Shown here: piece by piece, positions 59,355 through 64,000 of the stretch
Layout: every line of letters starts with the position of its first letter
Position numbering within the stretch: position 1 is the stretch's first letter
Assembly (NCBI GenBank): GCA_965242865.1
Contig: CBDETK010000013.1
Location: 1,248,001-1,312,000 of the forward strand
Reading direction: 5' to 3'
DNA length: 64,000 bases
DNA from: Candidatus Latescibacterota bacterium
GTDB taxonomy: Bacteria; Latescibacterota; UBA2968; UBA8231
Notes under the pieces: model-generated
Database searches by the model: none
What the model saw: the letters and a program-made list of their open reading frames with translations, nothing else
Told to the model about the DNA's origin: nothing
Made by a program: the position numbers and the translations under genes

Positions 59355-59470
59355 CTTTTGGCGATCTCCCGCCGAGCCATTATACTATGTCCGACTGCAT
59401 TACCACCCCGAGCTTTTGGCGATCTCCCGCCGAGCCATTATACTATGTCCGACTGCATTACCACCCCGAG
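59355..59470. repeat. Perfect 58-bp tandem duplication containing a -10 box (TATACT)
   Basis: CTTTTGGCGATCTCCCGCCGAGCCATTATACTATGTCCGACTGCATTACCACCCCGAG at 59355-59412 and 59413-59470. Confidence 0.95.
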
Positions 59471-59495
59471 GCCCCAAGGGCCAACGAGGAAAATC

Positions 59496-60632
59496 ATGTC
59501 CGCTGAGACGTACGGCATTCTGCTGGTCAGCTTTAGCAAACACAGCCACCAGCAGCACTTCGTCCCCCTGTATCAGGCCCATCCCCGCCTGCGCATCATC
59601 AGCGTCGCCGACTATCCCGACATCGACCCGGACTTGCGCCGCTACAACCAGCAATGGGCGAGCCAACTCGGCGTACCGTACTCCGAGCGACTCGACAGGT
59701 CCATCGACAACTCGGCCGTCGATATAGTCAGCGTCGGCTGCGAGATCGAGCGGCGGTCTGACCTCATCACCCGCGCGGCCGGAGCCGGCAAGCACCTGTG
59801 GATCGACAAGTTTCCCGGGGCCACCCTGGCCGAGGCCGAGGCGTCCGCCGCCGTAGTCGAGCACACCCGCGTCCGGGCGATCGTCCCCGGCTACGCCTAC
59901 GGCACCCTCGCCCAGCACACCCGCCAAGTCCTCGCTCGCCGCGACTTGGGCTTCCTGCTCGGCGTCCACGTCGATGTGATGTTCGGCAAGGGCTGGCCGC
60001 GCCCCATACCCCAACGCCGCGCCTTTGTCGCCCCCAACGGCCGGTGGAAATACCCAGATATTAAAAGAGAGCTGCTAACGGTGGGAGCGTATGCCGTCGG
60101 CCTGATCCAAGAATGCCTCAGCCCGATCAGCCACGTCGTCGGCCACGCCGGAGCCTTCTTCTTCCCGGAACACGCCGCCCACGGCTGCGACGACTTTGGC
60201 ACCCTGACTATGATCGATGTGGCCGGCCGCGCGGCCACCTTGTGCGGCGGGCGCATTGGCGCGGCCTCCCATCCCCAAGGCGGACCGGCGCGGGCGTACC
60301 TCATCGGCACCCGCCATAGCGCCATCATCGACGGCAAAAGGCCGGCACTGGACGCCTACTTGCGCGCCCATAGCACCGACTACGACTATCGGCCCAATCC
60401 CCAAGATCCCATGCAGTGGCACGGCGGGCCGCCCGTGCCAACGGCTGCCCTATCCGAGGACGCCGCGGGCCTAGCGGCCGCGCTCGACGATTTGGTCGCC
60501 GCGATCGACGACGACCGACCGCCGCGCTACGATGTGCGCCAAGCGCGGGATTTGATGGAAATTATCCTCGCTGGCTACCGCGCCATCGAGAGCAACGCGG
60601 CCATTAGCTTGCCGCTGGAGCCAGAGCTATGA
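59496..60632 (+). CDS. Gfo/Idh/MocA family oxidoreductase (divergent)
   Basis: SD GAGGA; VDIVSV...AGAGKHLWIDK and C-terminal ILAGYRA. Confidence 0.75.
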   Translation: MSAETYGILLVSFSKHSHQQHFVPLYQAHPRLRIISVADYPDIDPDLRRYNQQWASQLGVPYSERLDRSIDNSAVDIVSVGCEIERRSDLITRAAGAGKHLWIDKFPGATLAEAEASAAVVEHTRVRAIVPGYAYGTLAQHTRQVLARRDLGFLLGVHVDVMFGKGWPRPIPQRRAFVAPNGRWKYPDIKRELLTVGAYAVGLIQECLSPISHVVGHAGAFFFPEHAAHGCDDFGTLTMIDVAGRAATLCGGRIGAASHPQGGPARAYLIGTRHSAIIDGKRPALDAYLRAHSTDYDYRPNPQDPMQWHGGPPVPTAALSEDAAGLAAALDDLVAAIDDDRPPRYDVRQARDLMEIILAGYRAIESNAAISLPLEPEL

Positions 60633-61468
60633 CCATCGCCCTCAGCGCCCATCCCGCCCTCGACCCCCTCGTCGGCCAACTCGCCGCCATCCTGCCGATC
60701 AAGGGCCTGTACTATCCAACTCGTCGGCAAATCCACCCCGACCTGCCTTTTTTTAGCAGCGACTTGCCGACCCTGCTCCAAGCGACTAACCCCCGCGTCT
60801 GCGCGTTCCTCTCGCCTTATGCAGCCCTCCACGACGACGTCCGCACCTGCCTCCAAGCCGGCAGCGCCGTCCTCTGCGCCGGGCCAGTGCCCAAGGCCGA
60901 CCGGCCCATTGCCAGCGGCGGCATCCATCGCGGGTCGCCCCTGTTTGCCAAGGCACAGCAGCAGTGCCGCGATCCGTCGTTTGCCGAGCCGGTCTATTTG
61001 CGCCTCGTGGCCGGCGTCCGCGAGCCGGGATTGCTGCCGGCTTGGTGGGCCGCTTGTCGCCAACTCGCCTTTGCCAGCGACCTGCTCAGCGCACCTCCGA
61101 CCCAAGTACATCTTTGTGCCAACCGCCATGGCCGCGCCTACCAAGTCGTGCTGACCGGCACCACGCCCAGCGGCGCGGCCATCCAGCTAGTCGTCGCGCC
61201 GCAGCCCGCGCTCGCCGAACTGACCTTGCTGGGCCAAGGCGGCGTACTCTCAGCCAGTGCCGCGCACAGCGGGATTACCCTAGCCAGCCCCAAGGGAACC
61301 CACGTCGTGCCCGACGCAACAGCCCCGCCGCCCGAACTGGCGTGGTTGCGCGATTTTTGGCAGGAAAAGAATTCGCCGTGCGAGCATGCAGACGATGGCG
61401 GCCAAGCCCTGCTCGTCGGTCTGCGGCGGGCACTGAGGACGAGCCAGCCGGTTTTGATCGACCTCTGA
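60629..61468 (+). CDS. Hypothetical protein, possibly a degenerate Gfo/Idh/MocA-like partner
   Basis: ATGA coupling to the upstream gene; CLQAGSAVLCAGP resembles the ALxAGKHVLxEKP region. Confidence 0.55.
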   Translation: MTIALSAHPALDPLVGQLAAILPIKGLYYPTRRQIHPDLPFFSSDLPTLLQATNPRVCAFLSPYAALHDDVRTCLQAGSAVLCAGPVPKADRPIASGGIHRGSPLFAKAQQQCRDPSFAEPVYLRLVAGVREPGLLPAWWAACRQLAFASDLLSAPPTQVHLCANRHGRAYQVVLTGTTPSGAAIQLVVAPQPALAELTLLGQGGVLSASAAHSGITLASPKGTHVVPDATAPPPELAWLRDFWQEKNSPCEHADDGGQALLVGLRRALRTSQPVLIDL

Positions 61469-61606
61469 GCAGCCAGTCAACAAGCGCTCGGCCGGCTTTT
61501 TACCTGCTCGTACCCGCGCGGCTCTTGACAAGATCTTGCATCCCTGCGAATCTCAGAATCTAGGGAATTGCGACTCCCCCTCAACTGATTTGGAGCTAAA
61601 AAAGGC

Positions 61607-62350
61607 GTGAACGCGATGAAAACCTTTAGCGATGAAGAGCTGATTGATCTGTTCAATCGGCAACTACCCGACCTGCTGGACCGCCGCCCCGATCTCGAGC
61701 CGCTGATTTACCAAGGCTTCTTGGGGGCGTTTGCTCGCCGCGAAGAGGTCGCCATGGTGCTGAAGGAGCTACAGGCGTTGCGGGCCGAGATGGACCAACG
61801 CTTTGAGCAAGTAGATCGACGTATCGATGCGTTTCGCGAGGAGGTGAACCAGCGGTTCAAGGAGGTGAACCAGCGGTTCGAGGGAATGGAGCAGCGGTTC
61901 GAGGGAATGGAGCAGCGGTTCGAGGGGATGGAGCAGCGGTTCGAGGGGATGGAGCAGCGGTTCGAGGGGATGGAGCAGCGGTTCGACGAAGTCTTTCGCG
62001 CCATTGATCGGCTGGGGGCGCGCTGGGGCATCCGCAACGAAAGCGTGTTCCGGCGCACCATGGCGGCCTTGTTGGAGGAATCCTTTGGATCCTCGGTCGA
62101 GGAGCGCGTACTGGAGGGCGAACAATTTGACGTGGTCATCGTCGACCAGCAGCATATCCTCGTCGAAATCGCCGCCAGCGTGGGGGCCACGATCCAAGAG
62201 CGTCTGGAGCGCAAGCGTCGGCTGTACACCGAGGCGACCGGGATAGCCCCGGCGCGGATCATTCTCGCCACGGCGAACATCTATAGCTATCGGGCGCAAG
62301 CCTTGCGTCAGTCGGGCATTGAGGTAATCGAACCCGAAGAAGGCACCTAA
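61607..62350 (+). CDS. Coiled-coil plus PD-(D/E)XK-like protein (DUF3782-like)
   Basis: Heptad repeats, then LGARWG, E..FR and EQFDVV...ILVEI. Confidence 0.7.
   Translation: MNAMKTFSDEELIDLFNRQLPDLLDRRPDLEPLIYQGFLGAFARREEVAMVLKELQALRAEMDQRFEQVDRRIDAFREEVNQRFKEVNQRFEGMEQRFEGMEQRFEGMEQRFEGMEQRFEGMEQRFDEVFRAIDRLGARWGIRNESVFRRTMAALLEESFGSSVEERVLEGEQFDVVIVDQQHILVEIAASVGATIQERLERKRRLYTEATGIAPARIILATANIYSYRAQALRQSGIEVIEPEEGT
61841..61986 (+). repeat. 21-bp tandem repeat, 7 units encoding (E/N)QRFEGM heptads
   Basis: CAGCGGTTC recurs at 61850, 61871, 61892, 61913, 61934, 61955 and 61976. Confidence 0.92.
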
Positions 62351-64000
62351 GCGCGTCGGGCGCGAAACGTTGTCAACAAGCGCTCGGCTCGCTGCTTGGC
62401 TTGGGCGGCCGACGCCTCTTTTACCTGCTCGTACCCGCGAATGCCGTCCGGCAATTCGGCGATTTCCACGGCCAGCCCATAGCCTTCTTCGGCCAATGCC
62501 GGTAAGACCTCTTCAATCAACCCGCAGTACCATCCCACCAAGGCGCGTTCCAAGCGGCGAGCCGCCGTGTGCCCGAACGGGTCCCAGCGCGTACCGCGCA
62601 ACCCCTTGAGCCGGCTCAGCAGCACCAGCACCGGACGCAGGCCCTGGCCAAAGCCGATCTTGCCCTTGAGCAAACGCCGCAGCGTGGGCGGATGCAGTTG
62701 CCGGACAATTTCCACCTCCCCATCGAACAAGGCGCGCATCCGCTCTTCGCTGCCGGTGCCCGTTGCCAAGCGCGCGACCTCGTATTCGTCCTTGTACGCC
62801 ATGAGCTTGTACAGGCCGCGCACCACGGCCCGCGTCAGCTGCAAGCCGTGTGCCAAGCCCCGATCGACTTCCCACACTTGGTGCACAAACCGCAAGTAGC
62901 GCTGGGCATACGCGACATCCTGATACGCGCACAGCTCGGCCAGCCGCACCCCCAGCTCCTTCTGCCCCTCCGCATTCAAGCCCGCCAACGCCGCGACTCC
63001 CTCGTCGAGCAGCACCCGAGCCGCCGCATCACCCGCTAGCCGCTCCCGCACTTCGGCCAATTTTTGCGCCGCAGACTCTTGCTGAGTGCCCAACGCCCGC
63101 TCCACGCGCGCCGGGTCGGCCACGGCCAAACGCCCCCAGCGAAAAGCCTGCACGTTGTTTTCCACGGCCTGCGCGTTTAGGGCGATGGCCCGCTCAATGG
63201 AGGCCGCTTGGAGGGGCAGCCCCCCGGCCTGATACGCAGCCCCCAACAGGAGCATGTTGGCGAAAATGGTATCCGAGAAAAGCCGCTCGGCCAGCCAGTA
63301 GGTATCGAGGTAGAGGTTGTCCTTGCTCATGCAGCGGTCAATTAGGGCGCGCAGTTGGGCCGCGTCGGGAAAGGGCTGGGTGCGCGGGTTGCGATTCATG
63401 GCCGCATTGGCGATTTCAGCGGTGCTGACCAAGGCGCGGGTGCGTCGGGGCGCGGCGTATTTGAGGTTTTCTGGCTCGGCCGCCCGCAGCAAGTCAAACC
63501 CCAAGTACAGATCGACCTCCCCGGGGAAGAGGCGGTTGAACACCGGCTGCTCAGCCGCACTTATCACAATCGGCGCTTCGACCGGCCCGCCCTTTTGCGC
63601 CAAGCCCGTATTGTTGGACAAATACACGTACTTGCCCTCCATCATGGCCGCGTACGCAATGAGATGAGAAATCGTCACTACACCCGTTCCGCCGCGCCCC
63701 ATGGCAAAGATCGCGTACGGCCGGTCCAGCGGGCACGCCGGCGGCTCTGGCAACTCGCTCAAAGGCTCCGGCCGGCGGCGGCGCAAGCGCGTGCCTTGGG
63801 CCGGCTTGACCACGGCAAAGGACGGGCACTCGCCGTCGATGCACAGCCCGTCTTGGGCACACTGAGCCTGCCGCACTTGGGTCTTGTCGCCAAACTCGGT
63901 CGCCACGCTGTAGAGCGCGGCGCACCCTTCGGACTGGGCATAACAATCGCCGCAGCCCTCGCAAATGGCCTCGTCGATGAGCACGTATTCCTCGGGCGTC
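62347..64000 (-). CDS. Indolepyruvate ferredoxin oxidoreductase, fused type; 3' part only
   Basis: CEGCGDC ferredoxin motif, CxxGECPSF, GRGGTGVVT, GLAQKGG and AYKDEYEVARL; the frame continues past the window edge. Confidence 0.88.
   Translation of the reverse strand, partial: TPEEYVLIDEAICEGCGDCYAQSEGCAALYSVATEFGDKTQVRQAQCAQDGLCIDGECPSFAVVKPAQGTRLRRRRPEPLSELPEPPACPLDRPYAIFAMGRGGTGVVTISHLIAYAAMMEGKYVYLSNNTGLAQKGGPVEAPIVISAAEQPVFNRLFPGEVDLYLGFDLLRAAEPENLKYAAPRRTRALVSTAEIANAAMNRNPRTQPFPDAAQLRALIDRCMSKDNLYLDTYWLAERLFSDTIFANMLLLGAAYQAGGLPLQAASIERAIALNAQAVENNVQAFRWGRLAVADPARVERALGTQQESAAQKLAEVRERLAGDAAARVLLDEGVAALAGLNAEGQKELGVRLAELCAYQDVAYAQRYLRFVHQVWEVDRGLAHGLQLTRAVVRGLYKLMAYKDEYEVARLATGTGSEERMRALFDGEVEIVRQLHPPTLRRLLKGKIGFGQGLRPVLVLLSRLKGLRGTRWDPFGHTAARRLERALVGWYCGLIEEVLPALAEEGYGLAVEIAELPDGIRGYEQVKEASAAQAKQRAERLLTTFRARRA

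Overview
GC-rich bacterial window. The mix of Rpn, DUF4143 AAA, DUF1640-like coiled-coil and ankyrin genes resembles sponge or marine symbiont genomes, but the taxon is inference only. Left half (1.7-34 kb, next to tRNA-Ala): a tandem array of nine near-identical GT-C fold (ArnT/PMT-like) membrane glycosyltransferase paralogs, one distant GT-C and one collapsed remnant. The paralogs have a hypervariable catalytic loop, shuffled extracytoplasmic domains and mosaic indels. Three sub-operons start at a shared AT-rich element followed by a poly-G tract: G8 out of frame, G14 in frame, and G10 inside a coupled leader ORF. This is the best candidate for an undescribed system, a phase-variable combinatorial surface-glycosylation array. 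It is followed by a TIR plus 3-TM pair and an epimerase-hddC-hddA sugar-nucleotide operon. Accessory inserts include an Rpn gene with an internal start, a PD-(D/E)XK nuclease, an orphan higA, and coiled-coil genes flanked by duplicated 3' ends of host genes. Right half: sigma54-type groESL (His-tailed GroEL), a metal-uptake cluster led by a CxxC/RGPP DUF2946/CruR-like uORF, a decaying defence island (DISARM-like drmD and methyltransferase, Gabija-like OLD and UvrD), oxidoreductases and the 3' part of an indolepyruvate ferredoxin oxidoreductase. No CRISPR array, integrase, transposase or reverse transcriptase was seen. All calls come from motif reading; homopolymer lengths could be assembly errors.
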